Source of the DNA: the human T2T-CHM13v2.0 reference genome, Homo sapiens
Strand: one strand, 5' to 3'
DNA length: 64,000 nt
Assembly (NCBI RefSeq): GCF_009914755.1
Contig: NC_060930.1
Shown here: positions 24,807 to 38,235 of the stretch, piece by piece
Layout: every line of letters begins with the position of its first letter
How positions within the stretch are numbered: the first letter of the stretch is position 1
Notes under the pieces: model-generated
What the model was told of the DNA's origin: nothing
Seen by the model: the letters and a program-made list of their open reading frames with translations, nothing else
Database searches by the model: none
Position numbers and translations under genes: made by a program

Positions 24807-27800
24807 TCAGTAACTTCTTCGGATGTGTGCATTCGACGCACAGAATGGAACATTCCCTTTGATAGAGCAGTTTTGAGACACCGTTTTTGTAGAATTCCCA
24901 AGTGGATATTTAGAGCACTTTGAAGTCTCTGCTAGAAAAGGAAACATCTTCATGTAAAAAGTAGATAGAATCGTTCTCAGAAAGTGCTTAGTGACGTGTG
25001 CGTTCAACTCACAGAGTTTAACGTTTCTTTTGATAGAGCGTTTCTGAAACACCCTTCTTGTAGTAGCTGCAAGTGGATATTTGGACCTATTGGAGGCCTT
25101 CTTTGGAAATGGGATTTCTTCATGTAACTCTAGATTGAAGAGTTCTCAGAAACTCCTTTGTGATGTGTGCATTCAATTCAAAGAGTGAAACCTCTCTTTT
25201 CACAGAGCAGTTTTGAAACACTGTTTTTGTAGGATTTCCAAGGGGATATTTATAGCGCATTGAGCCTACGGCGGAAAAAGAAACATCTTCCTATAAAAAC
25301 TAGACAGAATACTTCTCAGAATCTGCTTTGCGATGTGTGCGTTCAACTCACAGAGTAAAACTTTTCTTTTGATAGAGCAGTTTTGAAACACTCTTTTTGT
25401 AGTATTTGCATGTGTATATTTAGAGCGCATTGAAGCCCACAGTAGAAAAGGAAATAACTTCACCTAAAACCTAGACAGAAGCAATCTCAGAAACTACTTT
25501 GTGATGTGTACATTCAACTCACAGAGTGGAACTTTCCTCTTTATAGAGCAGTGTTGAAACACTCTTTTTGTAGAAACTGCAAGTGGATATTTGGACCTCT
25601 TTGAGGCCTTCGTTGGAAACGGGATTTCTTCCTATAACCCTAGACAGAAGAATTTTCAGAAACCTCATTGTGATGTGTGCGTTCATCTCACAGAGTGGAG
25701 TCTTCCGTTTGATAGAGAAGTTTTGAAACCCTGTTCTTGTAGGATTTCCAAGTGGATATTTAGACCACTTTGAAGCCTATGATAGAAAAGGAAACATCTT
25801 CATGGAAAACATAGATAGAATCATCCTCAGAAACAACTTTGTGATGTGTGCGTTGAACTCACCGTCTTTAACCTTTCTTTTGGTAGAGAAGTTTTGAAAC
25901 ACTCTCTTTGTAAAGTCTACAAGTGGATATTTTGAGCCCTTGGAGGCATTCTTTGGAAAAGGGAATGTCTTCACATAAAAGGCAGACGGAAGTGTTCTCA
26001 GAAACTGCTTTGTGATGTCTGTGTTCAACTCACAGAGTTTAACATTTCCTTTGATAGAGCGGTTTAGTAACCCTCTCTTTGTAGAATTTGGAAGTGTATA
26101 CTAAGAGCGCTTTGAGGCCTATGGTAGAAAAGGAAATATCTTTCCATAAAAGCTAGACAGAAGCAATCTCAGAAACTCCTCTGTGATGTCTGCATTCAAC
26201 TCACCGAGTGGAACATTCCTCTTGATAGAGCAGTTTGGAAACACTCTTTCTGTAGAATCAGCTTGTTTGTATTTGGACCTCCTTGAGGCCTTCGTTGGAA
26301 ACGGGTTTTCATCTTATAAACCCAGACAGAAGAATTCTCAGAGTCTTCTTTGTGATGTGTGCTTTCAACTCACCGAGATAAAGATTTCTCTTGATAGAGC
26401 AATTTGGAAACACTCTTTTTGTAGAATTTGCAAGGGTTCATTGAGAGCGCTTTCAGGCCTATGGTAGAAAAGGGAATATCTTTCCATAAAAGGTAGACAG
26501 AAGCAATCTCAGAAACTACTTTGTGATGTGTGCATTCAACTCACCGAGTGCAACGTTCCTCTTGACCGAGCAGTTTGGAAACATTGTTTCTGTAGAATCT
26601 GCAAGTGGATATTTGGACCTCTTTGAGGCCTTCGTTGGAAACGGGATTTCTTCCTATAAACCCAGACAGAAGAATTCTCAGAGACTTCTTTGTGATGTGT
26701 GAATTCAACTCACAGTGTGGATCCTTCCTTTTGATAGAGCAGTTTTGAAACCCTGTTTTTGTAGTATTTCCAAGCGGATATTTGGAACGCCTTGAAGCGT
26801 ATGGTAGAAAAGGAAATATCTTCCCATAAAACCTAGACAGAACCAATCTCAGAAACGACTTTGTGATGTCTGCATTCAAGTCACAGAGTTGAACATTTCT
26901 CTTGATAGAGCAGTTTTGAAACCCTCTTTCTGAAGGATCTGCAAGTGGATATTTGGAACTCCTTTGGGTCTTCGTTGGAAACGGGATTTCTTCGTACAAA
27001 TCTAGACAGAAGAATTCTCCGAAACTTCTTTGGTTGTGTGCATTCAAGTCACAGAGTGGAACCTTCCTTTGGATAGAGCAGTTTGAAACGCCGTGGTTGT
27101 AGTATTTCCAAGCGGATATTAGAGCGCCTTGAGGCCTATGGTAGAAAAGGAAATATCTTCCCATAAATCCTAGACGGAAGCAATCTCAGAAACTACTGTG
27201 TGATGGCTGCATTCCACACACACGGTGGAACATTTCTCTTGATAGAGCAGTTTTGAAACACTCTTTCTGTAGAATCTGCAAGTGGATAATTGGACCGCCT
27301 TGAGGCCTTCGTTGGAAACGGGATTTCTTCATGTTACTCTAGATAGAAGAATTCTCAAACACTGCTATGTGATGTTTGCATTCAAGTCACAGAGTGCAAC
27401 ATTCCTCTTGGTAGAGCAGTTGGGAAACACTCCTTTTGTAGAATCTGCAATGGGATATTTGGACTTCTTTGAGGCCTTCGTTGGAAACGGGATTTCTTCG
27501 TATGAATCTAGACAGAAGAATTCTCAGAAACTTCCTTGTGATGTGTGCATTCAACTCAGCGAGTGGCACCTTCCTTTGGATACAGCAGTTTTGAAACACT
27601 GTTTTTGTAGTATTTCCAAGCGGATATTTAGAGCGCCTTGAAGCCTATGCTAGAAATGGAAATATCTCCCCATAAAACCAAGACAGAAGCAATCTCAGAA
27701 ACTAATGTGTGATGGCTGCATTCCACACACACGGTGGACCATTTCTCTTGATAGAGCAGTTTTGAAACACTCTTTCTGTAGAATCTGCAAGTGGATAATT

Positions 27801-27863
27801 GGACCTCCTAGAGGCCTTCGTTGGAAACGGGATTTCTTCATCTAAACCTAGAGAGAAGAATTC
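24807..27863 (+). repeat. 18-mer HOR unit U10
   Basis: Spacing 3057 bp; trimer present. Confidence 0.95.
27020..27525 (+). repeat. 18-mer-specific trimer, copy 4
   Basis: Same diagnostic sequence at 27020. Confidence 0.95.
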
Positions 27864-30800
27864 TCAGTAACTTCTTCGGATGTGTGCATTCGACTCACAG
27901 AATGGAACATTCCCTTTGATAGAGCAGTTTTGAGACACCGTTTTTGTAGAATTCCCAAGTGGATATTTAGAGCACTTTGAAGTCTCTGCTAGAAAAGGAA
28001 ACATCTTCATGTAAAAAGTAGATAGAATCGTTCTCAGAAAGTGCTTAGTGACGTGTGCGTTCAACTCACAGAGTTTAACGTTTCTTTTGATAGAGCGTTT
28101 CTGAAACACCCTTCTTGTAGTAGCTGCAAGTGGATATTTGGACCTATTGGAGGCCTTCTTTGGAAATGGGATTTCTTCATGTAACTCTAGATTAAAGAGT
28201 TCTCAGAAACTCCTTTGTGATGTGTGCATTCAATTCAAAGAGTGAAACCTCCCTTTTCACAGAGCAGTTTTGAAACACTGTTTTTGTAGGATTTCCAAGG
28301 GGATATTTATAGCGCATTGAGCCTACGGCGGAAAAAGAAACATCTTCCTATAAAAACTAGACAGAATACTTCTCAGAATCTGCTTTGCGATGTGTGCGTT
28401 CAACTCACAGAGTAAAACTTTTCTTTTGATAGAGCAGTTTTGAAACACTCTTTTTGTAGTATTTGCATGTGTATATTTAGAGCGCATTGAAGCCCACAGT
28501 AGAAAAGGAAATAACTTCACCTAAAACCTAGACAGAAGCAATCTCAGAAACTACTTTGTGATGTGTACATTCAACTCACAGAGTGGAACTTTCCTCTTTA
28601 TAGAGCAGTGTTGAAACACTCTTTTTGTAGAAACTGCAAGTGGATATTTGGACCTCTTTGAGGCCTTCGTTGGAAACGGGATTTCTTCCTATAACCCTAG
28701 ACAGAAGAATTTTCAGAAACCTCATTGTGATGTGTGCGTTCATCTCACAGAGTGGAGTCTTCCGTTTGATAGAGAAGTTTTGAAACCCTGTTCTTGTAGG
28801 ATTTCCAAGTGGATATTTAGACCACTTTGAAGCCTATGATAGAAAAGGAAACATCTTCATGGAAAACATAGATAGAATCATCCTCAGAAACAACTTTGTG
28901 ATGTGTGCGTTGAACTCACCGTCTTTAACCTTTCTTTTGGTAGAGAAGTTTTGAAACACTCTCTTTGTAAAGTCTACAAGTGGATATTTTGAGCCCTTGG
29001 AGGCATTCTTTGGAAAAGGGAATGTCTTCACATAAAAGGCAGACGGAAGTGTTCTCAGAAACTGCTTTGTGATGTCTGTGTTCAACTCACAGAGTTTAAC
29101 ATTTCCTTTGATAGAGCGGTTTAGTAACCCTCTCTTTGTAGAATTTGGAAGTGTATACTAAGAGCGCTTTGAGGCCTATGGTAGAAAAGGAAATATCTTT
29201 CCATAAAAGCTAGACAGAAGCAATCTCAGAAACTCCTCTGTGATGTCTGCATTCAACTCACCGAGTGGAACATTCCTCTTGAGAGAGCAGTTTGGAAACA
29301 CTCTTTCTGTAGAATCAGCTTGTTTGTATTTGGACCTCCTTGAGGCCTTCGTTGGAAACGGGTTTTCATCTTATAAACCCAGACAGAAGAATTCTCAGAG
29401 TCTTCTTTGTGATGTGTGCTTTCAACTCACCGAGATAAAGATTTCTCTTGATAGAGCAATTTGGAAACACTCTTTTTGTAGAATTTGCAAGGGTACATTG
29501 AGAGCGCTTTCAGGCCTATGGTAGAAAAGGGAATATCTTTCCATAAAAGGTAGACAGAAGCAATCTCAGAAACTACTTTGTGATGTGTGCATTCAACTCA
29601 CCGAGTGCAACGTTCCTCTTGACCGAGCAGTTTGGAAACATTGTTTCTGTAGAATCTGCAAGTGGATATTTGGACCTCTTTGAGGCCTTCGTTGGAAACG
29701 GGATTTCTTCCTATAAACCCAGACAGAAGAATTCTCAGAGACTTCTTTGTGATGTGTGAATTCAACTCACAGTGTGGATCCTTCCTTTTGATAGAGCAGT
29801 TTTGAAACCCTGTTTTTGTAGTATTTCCAAGCGGATATTTGGAACGCCTTGAAGCGTATGGTAGAAAAGGAAATATCTTCCCATAAAACCTAGACAGAAC
29901 CAATCTCAGAAACGACTTTGTGATGTCTGCATTCAAGTCACAGAGTTGAACATTTCTCTTGATAGAGCAGTTTTGAAACCCTCTTTCTGAAGGATCTGCA
30001 AGTGGATATTTGGAACTCCTTTGGGTCTTCGTTGGAAACGGGATTTCTTCGTATAAATCTAGACAGAAGAATTCTCAGAAACTTCCTTGTGATGTGTGCA
30101 TTCAACTCAGCGAGTGGCACCTTCCTTTGGATACAGCAGTTTTGAAACACTGTTTTTGTAGTATTTCCAAGCGGATATTTAGAGCGCCTTGAAGCCTATG
30201 CTAGAAATGGAAATATCTCCCCATAAAACCAAGACGGAAGCAATCTCAGAAACTAATGTGTGATGGCTGCATTCCACACACACGGTGGACCATTTCTCTT
30301 GATAGAGCAGTTTTGAAACACTCTTTCTGTAGAATCTGCAAGTGGATAATTGGACCTCCTAGAGGCCTTCGTTGGAAACGGGATTTCTTCATCTAAACCT
30401 ACAGAGAAGTATTCTCAGTAACTTCTTCGGATGTGTGCATTCGACGCACAGAATGGAACATTCCCTTTGATAGAGCAGTTTTGAGACACCGTTTTTGTAG
30501 AATTCCCAAGTGGATATTTAGAGCACTTTGAAGTCTCTGCTAGAAAAGGAAACATCTTCATGTAAAAAGTAGATAGAATCGTTCTCAGAAAGTGCTTAGT
30601 GTCGTGTGCGTTCAACTCACAGAGTTTAACGTTTCTTTTGATAGAGCGTTTCTGAAACACCCTTCTTGTAGTAGCTGCAAGTGGATATTTGGACCTATTG
30701 GAGGCCTTCTTTGGAAATGGGATTTCTTCATGTAACTCTAGATTGAAGAATTCTCAGAAACTCCTTTGTGATGTGTGCATTCAATTCAAAGAGTGAAACC

Positions 30801-33800
30801 TCTCTTTTCACAGAGCAGTTTTGAAACACTGTTTTTGTAGGATTTCCAAGGGGATATTTATAGCGCATTGAGCCTACGGCGGAAAAAGAAACATCTTCCT
30901 ATAAAAACTAGACAGAATACTTCTCAGAATCTGCTTTGCGATGTGTGCGTTCAACTCACAGAGTAAAACTTTTCTTTTGATAGAGCAGTTTTGAAACACT
31001 CTTTTTGTAGTATTTGCATGTGTATATTTAGAGCGCATTGAAGCCCACAGTAGAAAAGGAAATAACTTCACCTAAAACCTAGACAGAAGCAATCTCAGAA
31101 ACTACTTTGTGATGTGTACATTCAACTCACAGAGTGGAACTTTCCTCTTTATAGAGCAGTGTTGAAACACTCTTTTTGTAGAAACTGCAAGTGGATATTT
31201 GGACCTCTTTGAGGCCTTCGTTGGAAACGGGATTTCTTCCTATAACCCTAGACAGAAGAATTTTCAGAAACCTCATTGTGATGTGTGCGTTCATCTCACA
31301 GAGTGGAGTCTTCCGTTTGATAGAGAAGTTTTGAAACCCTGTTCTTGTAGGATTTCCAAGTGGATATTTAGACCACTTTGAAGCCTATGATAGAAAAGGA
31401 AACATCTTCATGGAAAACATAGATAGAATCATCCTCAGAAACAACTTTGTGATGTGTGCGTTGAACTCACCGTCTTTAACCTTTCTTTTGGTAGAGAAGT
31501 TTTGAAACACTCTCTTTGTAAAGTCTACAAGTGGATATTTTGAGCCCTTGGAGGCATTCTTTGGAAAAGGGAATGTCTTCACATAAAAGGCAGACGGAAG
31601 TGTTCTCAGAAACTGCTTTGTGATGTCTGTGTTCAACTCACAGAGTTTAACATTTCCTTTGATAGAGCGGTTTAGTAACCCTCTCTTTGTAGAATTTGGA
31701 AGTGTATACTAAGAGCGCTTTGAGGCCTATGGTAGAAAAGGAAATATCTTTCCATAAAAGCTAGACAGAAGCAATCTCAGAAACTCCTCTGTGATGTCTG
31801 CATTCAACTCACCGAGTGGAACATTCCTCTTGAGAGAGCAGTTTGGAAACACTCTTTCTGTAGAATCAGCTTGTTTGTATTTGGACCTCCTTGAGGCCTT
31901 CGTTGGAAACGGGTTTTCATCTTATAAACCCAGACAGAAGAATTCTCAGAGTCTTCTTTGTGATGTGTGCTTTCAACTCACCGAGATAAAGATTTCTCTT
32001 GATAGAGCAATTTGGAAACACTCTTTTTGTAGAATTTGCAAGGGTACATTGAGAGCGCTTTCAGGCCTATGGTAGAAAAGGGAATATCTTTCCATAAAAG
32101 GTAGACAGAAGCAATCTCAGAAACTACTTTGTGATGTGTGCATTCAACTCACCGAGTGCAACGTTCCTCTTGACCGAGCAGTTTGGAAACATTGTTTCTG
32201 TAGAATCTGCAAGTGGATATTTGGACCTCTTTGAGGCCTTCGTTGGAAACGGGATTTCTTCCTATAAACCCAGACAGAAGAATTCTCAGAGACTTCTTTG
32301 TGATGTGTGAATTCAACTCACAGTGTGGATCCTTCCTTTTGATAGAGCAGTTTTGAAACCCTGTTTTTGTAGTATTTCCAAGCGGATATTTGGAACGCCT
32401 TGAAGCGTATGGTAGAAAAGGAAATATCTTCCCATAAAACCTAGACAGAACCAATCTCAGAAACGACTTTGTGATGTCTGCATTCAAGTCACAGAGTTGA
32501 ACATTTCTCTTGATAGAGCAGTTTTGAAACCCTCTTTCTGAAGGATCTGCAAGTGGATATTTGGAACTCCTTTGGGTCTTCGTTGGAAACGGGATTTCTT
32601 CGTATAAATCTAGACAGAAGAATTCTCAGAAACTTCCTTGTGATGTGTGCATTCAACTCAGCGAGTGGCACCTTCCTTTGGATACAGCAGTTTTGAAACA
32701 CTGTTTTTGTAGTATTTCCAAGCGGATATTTAGAGCGCCTTGAAGCCTATGCTAGAAATGGAAATATCTCCCCATAAAACCAAGACGGAAGCAATCTCAG
32801 AAACTAATGTGTGATGGCTGCATTCCACACACACGGTGGACCATTTCTCTTGATAGAGCAGTTTTGAAACACTCTTTCTGTAGAATCTGCAAGTGGATAA
32901 TTGGACCTCCTAGAGGCCTTCGTTGGAAACGGGATTTCTTCATCTAAACCTACAGAGAAGTATTCTCAGTAACTTCTTCGGATGTGTGCATTCGACGCAC
33001 AGAATGGAACATTCCCTTTGATAGAGCAGTTTTGAGACACCGTTTTTGTAGAATTCCCAAGTGGATATTTAGAGCACTTTGAAGTCTCTGCTAGAAAAGG
33101 AAACATCTTCATGTAAAAAGTAGATAGAATCGTTCTCAGAAAGTGCTTAGTGTCGTGTGCGTTCAACTCACAGAGTTTAACGTTTCTTTTGATAGAGCGT
33201 TTCTGAAACACCCTTCTTGTAGTAGCTGCAAGTGGATATTTGGACCTATTGGAGGCCTTCTTTGGAAATGGGATTTCTTCATGTAACTCTAGATTGAAGA
33301 ATTCTCAGAAACTCCTTTGTGATGTGTGCATTCAATTCAAAGAGTGAAACCTCTCTTTTCACAGAGCAGTTTTGAAACACTGTTTTTGTAGGATTTCCAA
33401 GGGGATATTTATAGCGCATTGAGCCTACGGCGGAAAAAGAAACATCTTCCTATAAAAACTAGACAGAATACTTCTCAGAATCTGCTTTGCGATGTGTGCG
33501 TTCAACTCACAGAGTAAAACTTTTCTTTTGATAGAGCAGTTTTGAAACACTCTTTTTGTAGTATTTGCATGTGTATATTTAGAGCGCATTGAAGCCCACA
33601 GTAGAAAAGGAAATAACTTCACCTAAAACCTAGACAGAAGCAATCTCAGAAACTACTTTGTGATGTGTACATTCAACTCACAGAGTGGAACTTTCCTCTT
33701 TATAGAGCAGTGTTGAAACACTCTTTTTGTAGAAACTGCAAGTGGATATTTGGACCTCTTTGAGGCCTTCGTTGGAAACGGGATTTCTTCCTATAACCCT

Positions 33801-35516
33801 AGACAGAAGAATTTTCAGAAACCTCATTGTGATGTGTGCGTTCATCTCACAGAGTGGAGTCTTCCGTTTGATAGAGAAGTTTTGAAACCCTGTTCTTGTA
33901 GGATTTCCAAGTGGATATTTAGACCACTTTGAAGCCTATGATAGAAAAGGAAACATCTTCATGGAAAACATAGATAGAATCATCCTCAGAAACAACTTTG
34001 TGATGTGTGCGTTGAACTCACCGTCTTTAACCTTTCTTTTGGTAGAGAAGTTTTGAAACACTCTCTTTGTAAAGTCTACAAGTGGATATTTTGAGCCCTT
34101 GGAGGCATTCTTTGGAAAAGGGAATGTCTTCACATAAAAGGCAGACGGAAGTGTTCTCAGAAACTGCTTTGTGATGTCTGTGTTCAACTCACAGAGTTTA
34201 ACATTTCCTTTGATAGAGCGGTTTAGTAACCCTCTCTTTGTAGAATTTGGAAGTGTATACTAAGAGCGCTTTGAGGCCTATGGTAGAAAAGGAAATATCT
34301 TTCCATAAAAGCTAGACAGAAGCAATCTCAGAAACTCCTCTGTGATGTCTGCATTCAACTCACCGAGTGGAACATTCCTCTTGAGAGAGCAGTTTGGAAA
34401 CACTCTTTCTGTAGAATCAGCTTGTTTGTATTTGGACCTCCTTGAGGCCTTCGTTGGAAACGGGTTTTCATCTTATAAACCCAGACAGAAGAATTCTCAG
34501 AGTCTTCTTTGTGATGTGTGCTTTCAACTCACCGAGATAAAGATTTCTCTTGATAGAGCAATTTGGAAACACTCTTTTTGTAGAATTTGCAAGGGTACAT
34601 TGAGAGCGCTTTCAGGCCTATGGTAGAAAAGGGAATATCTTTCCATAAAAGGTAGACAGAAGCAATCTCAGAAACTACTTTGTGATGTGTGCATTCAACT
34701 CACCGAGTGCAACGTTCCTCTTGACCGAGCAGTTTGGAAACATTGTTTCTGTAGAATCTGCAAGTGGATATTTGGACCTCTTTGAGGCCTTCGTTGGAAA
34801 CGGGATTTCTTCCTATAAACCCAGACAGAAGAATTCTCAGAGACTTCTTTGTGATGTGTGAATTCAACTCACAGTGTGGATCCTTCCTTTTGATAGAGCA
34901 GTTTTGAAACCCTGTTTTTGTAGTATTTCCAAGCGGATATTTGGAACGCCTTGAAGCGTATGGTAGAAAAGGAAATATCTTCCCATAAAACCTAGACAGA
35001 ACCAATCTCAGAAACGACTTTGTGATGTCTGCATTCAAGTCACAGAGTTGAACATTTCTCTTGATAGAGCAGTTTTGAAACCCTCTTTCTGAAGGATCTG
35101 CAAGTGGATATTTGGAACTCCTTTGGGTCTTCGTTGGAAACGGGATTTCTTCGTATAAATCTAGACAGAAGAATTCTCAGAAACTTCCTTGTGATGTGTG
35201 CATTCAACTCAGCGAGTGGCACCTTCCTTTGGATACAGCAGTTTTGAAACACTGTTTTTGTAGTATTTCCAAGCGGATATTTAGAGCGCCTTGAAGCCTA
35301 TGCTAGAAATGGAAATATCTCCCCATAAAACCAAGACGGAAGCAATCTCAGAAACTAATGTGTGATGGCTGCATTCCACACACACGGTGGACCATTTCTC
35401 TTGATAGAGCAGTTTTGAAACACTCTTTCTGTAGAATCTGCAAGTGGATAATTGGACCTCCTAGAGGCCTTCGTTGGAAACGGGATTTCTTCATCTAAAC
35501 CTACAGAGAAGTATTC
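27864..35516 (+). repeat. Three 15-mer HOR units U11-U13
   Basis: Spacings 27864->30415->32966->35517. Confidence 0.95.
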
Positions 35517-37729
35517 TCAGTAACTTCTTCGGATGTGTGCATTCGACGCACAGAATGGAACATTCCCTTTGATAGAGCAGTTTTGAGACACCGTTTTTGT
35601 AGAATTCCCAAGTGGATATTTAGAGCACTTTGAAGTCTCTGCTAGAAAAGGAAACATCTTCATGTAAAAAGTAGATAGAATCGTTCTCAGAAAGTGCTTA
35701 GTGTCGTGTGCGTTCAACTCACAGAGTTTAACGTTTCTTTTGATAGAGCGTTTCTGAAACACCCTTCTTGTAGTAGCTGCAAGTGGATATTTGGACCTAT
35801 TGGAGGCCTTCTTTGGAAATGGGATTTCTTCATGTAACTCTAGATTGAAGAATTCTCAGAAACTCCTTTGTGATGTGTGCATTCAATTCAAAGAGTGAAA
35901 CCTCTCTTTTCACAGAGCAGTTTTGAAACACTGTTTTTGTAGGATTTCCAAGGGGATATTTATAGCGCATTGAGCCTACGGCGGAAAAAGAAACATCTTC
36001 CTATAACAACTAGACAGAATACTTCTCAGAATCTGCTTTGCGATGTGTGCGTTCAACTCACAGAGTAAAACTTTTCTTTTGATAGAGCAGTTTTGAAACA
36101 CTCTTTTTGTAGTATTTGCATGTGTATATTTAGAGCGCATTGAAGCCCACAGTAGAAAAGGAAATAACTTCACCTAAAACCTAGACAGAAGCAATCACAG
36201 AAACTACTTTGTGATGTGTACATTCAACTCACAGAGTGGAACTTTCCTCTTTATAGAGCAGTGTTGAAACACTCTTTTTGTAGAAACTGCAAGTGGATAT
36301 TTGGACCTCTTTGAGGCCTTCGTTGGAAACGGGATTTCTTCCTATAACCCTAGACAGAAGAATTTTCAGAAACCTCATTGTGATGTGTGCGTTCATCTCA
36401 CAGAGTGGAGTCTTCCGTTTGATAGAGAAGTTTTGAAACCCTGTTCTTGTAGGATTTCCAAGTGGATATTTAGACCACTTTGAAGCCTATGATAGAAAAG
36501 GAAACATCTTCATGGAAAACATAGATAGAATCATCCTCAGAAACAACTTTGTGATGTGTGCGTTGAACTCACCGTCTTTAACCTTTCTTTTGGTAGAGAA
36601 GTTTTGAAACACTCTCTTTGTAAAGTCTACAAGTGGATATTTTGAGCCCTTGGAGGCATTCTTTGGAAAAGGGAATGTCTTCACATAAAAGGCAGACGGA
36701 AGTGTTCTCAGAAACTGCTTTGTGATGTCTGTGTTCAACTCACAGAGTTTAACATTTCCTTTGATAGAGCGGTTTAGTAACCCTCTCTTTGTAGAATTTG
36801 GAAGTGTATACTAAGAGCGCTTTGAGGCCTATGGTAGAAAAGGAAATATCTTTCCATAAAAGCTAGACAGAAGCAATCTCAGAAACTCCTCTGTGATGTC
36901 TGCATTCAACTCACCGAGTGGAACATTCCTCTTGAGAGAGCAGTTTGGAAACACTCTTTCTGTAGAATCAGCTTGTTTGTATTTGGACCTCCTTGAGGCC
37001 TTCGTTGGAAACGGGTTTTCATCTTATAAACCCAGACAGAAGAATTCTCAGAGTCTTCTTTGTGATGTGTGCTTTCAACTCACCGAGATAAAGATTTCTC
37101 TTGATAGAGCAATTTGGAAACACTCTTTTTGTAGAATTTGCAAGGGTACATTGAGAGCGCTTTCAGGCCTATGGTAGAAAAGGGAATATCTTTCCATAAA
37201 AGGTAGACAGAAGCAATCTCAGAAACTACTTTGTGATGTGTGCATTCAACTCACCGAGTGCAACGTTCCTCTTGACCGAGCAGTTTGGAAACATTGTTTC
37301 TGTAGAATCTGCAAGTGGATATTTGGACCTCTTTGAGGCCTTCGTTGGAAACGGGATTTCTTCCTATAAACCCAGACAGAAGAATTCTCAGAGACTTCTT
37401 TGTGATGTGTGAATTCAACTCACAGTGTGGATCCTTCCTTTTGATAGAGCAGTTTTGAAGCCCTGTTTTTGTAGTATTTCCAAGCGGATATTTGGAACGC
37501 CTTGAAGCGTATGGTAGAAAAGGAAATATCTTCCCATAAAACCTAGACAGAACCAATCTCAGAAACGACTTTGTGATGTCTGCATTCAAGTCACAGAGTT
37601 GAACATTTCTCTTGATAGAGCAGTTTTGAAACCCTCTTTCTGAAGGATCTGCAAGTGGATATTTGGAACTCCTTTGGGTCTTCGTTGGAAACGGGATTTC
37701 TTCGTATAAATCTAGACAGAAGAATTCTC

Positions 37730-38235
37730 CGAAACTTCTTTGGTTGTGTGCATTCAAGTCACAGAGTGGAACCTTCCTTTGGATAGAGCAGTTTGAAACG
37801 CCGTGGTTGTAGTATTTCCAAGCGGATATTAGAGCGCCTTGAGGCCTATGGTAGAAAAGGAAATATCTTCCCATAAAACCTAGACGGAAGCAATCTCAGA
37901 AACTACTGTGTGATGGCTGCATTCCACACACACGGTGGAACATTTCTCTTGATAGAGCAGTTTTGAAACACTCTTTCTGTAGAATCTGCAAGTGGATAAT
38001 TGGACCGCCTTGAGGCCTTCGTTGGAAACGGGATTTCTTCATGTTACTCTAGATAGAAGAATTCTCAAACACTGCTATGTGATGTTTGCATTCAAGTCAC
38101 AGAGTGCAACTTTCCTCTTGGTAGAGCAGTTGGGAAACACTCCTTTTGTAGAATCTGCAATGGGATATTTGGACTTCTTTGAGGCCTTCGTTGGAAACGG
38201 GATTTCTTCGTATGAATCTAGACAGAAGAATTCTC
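37730..38235 (+). repeat. 18-mer-specific trimer, copy 5
   Basis: Same diagnostic sequence at 37730. Confidence 0.95.
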
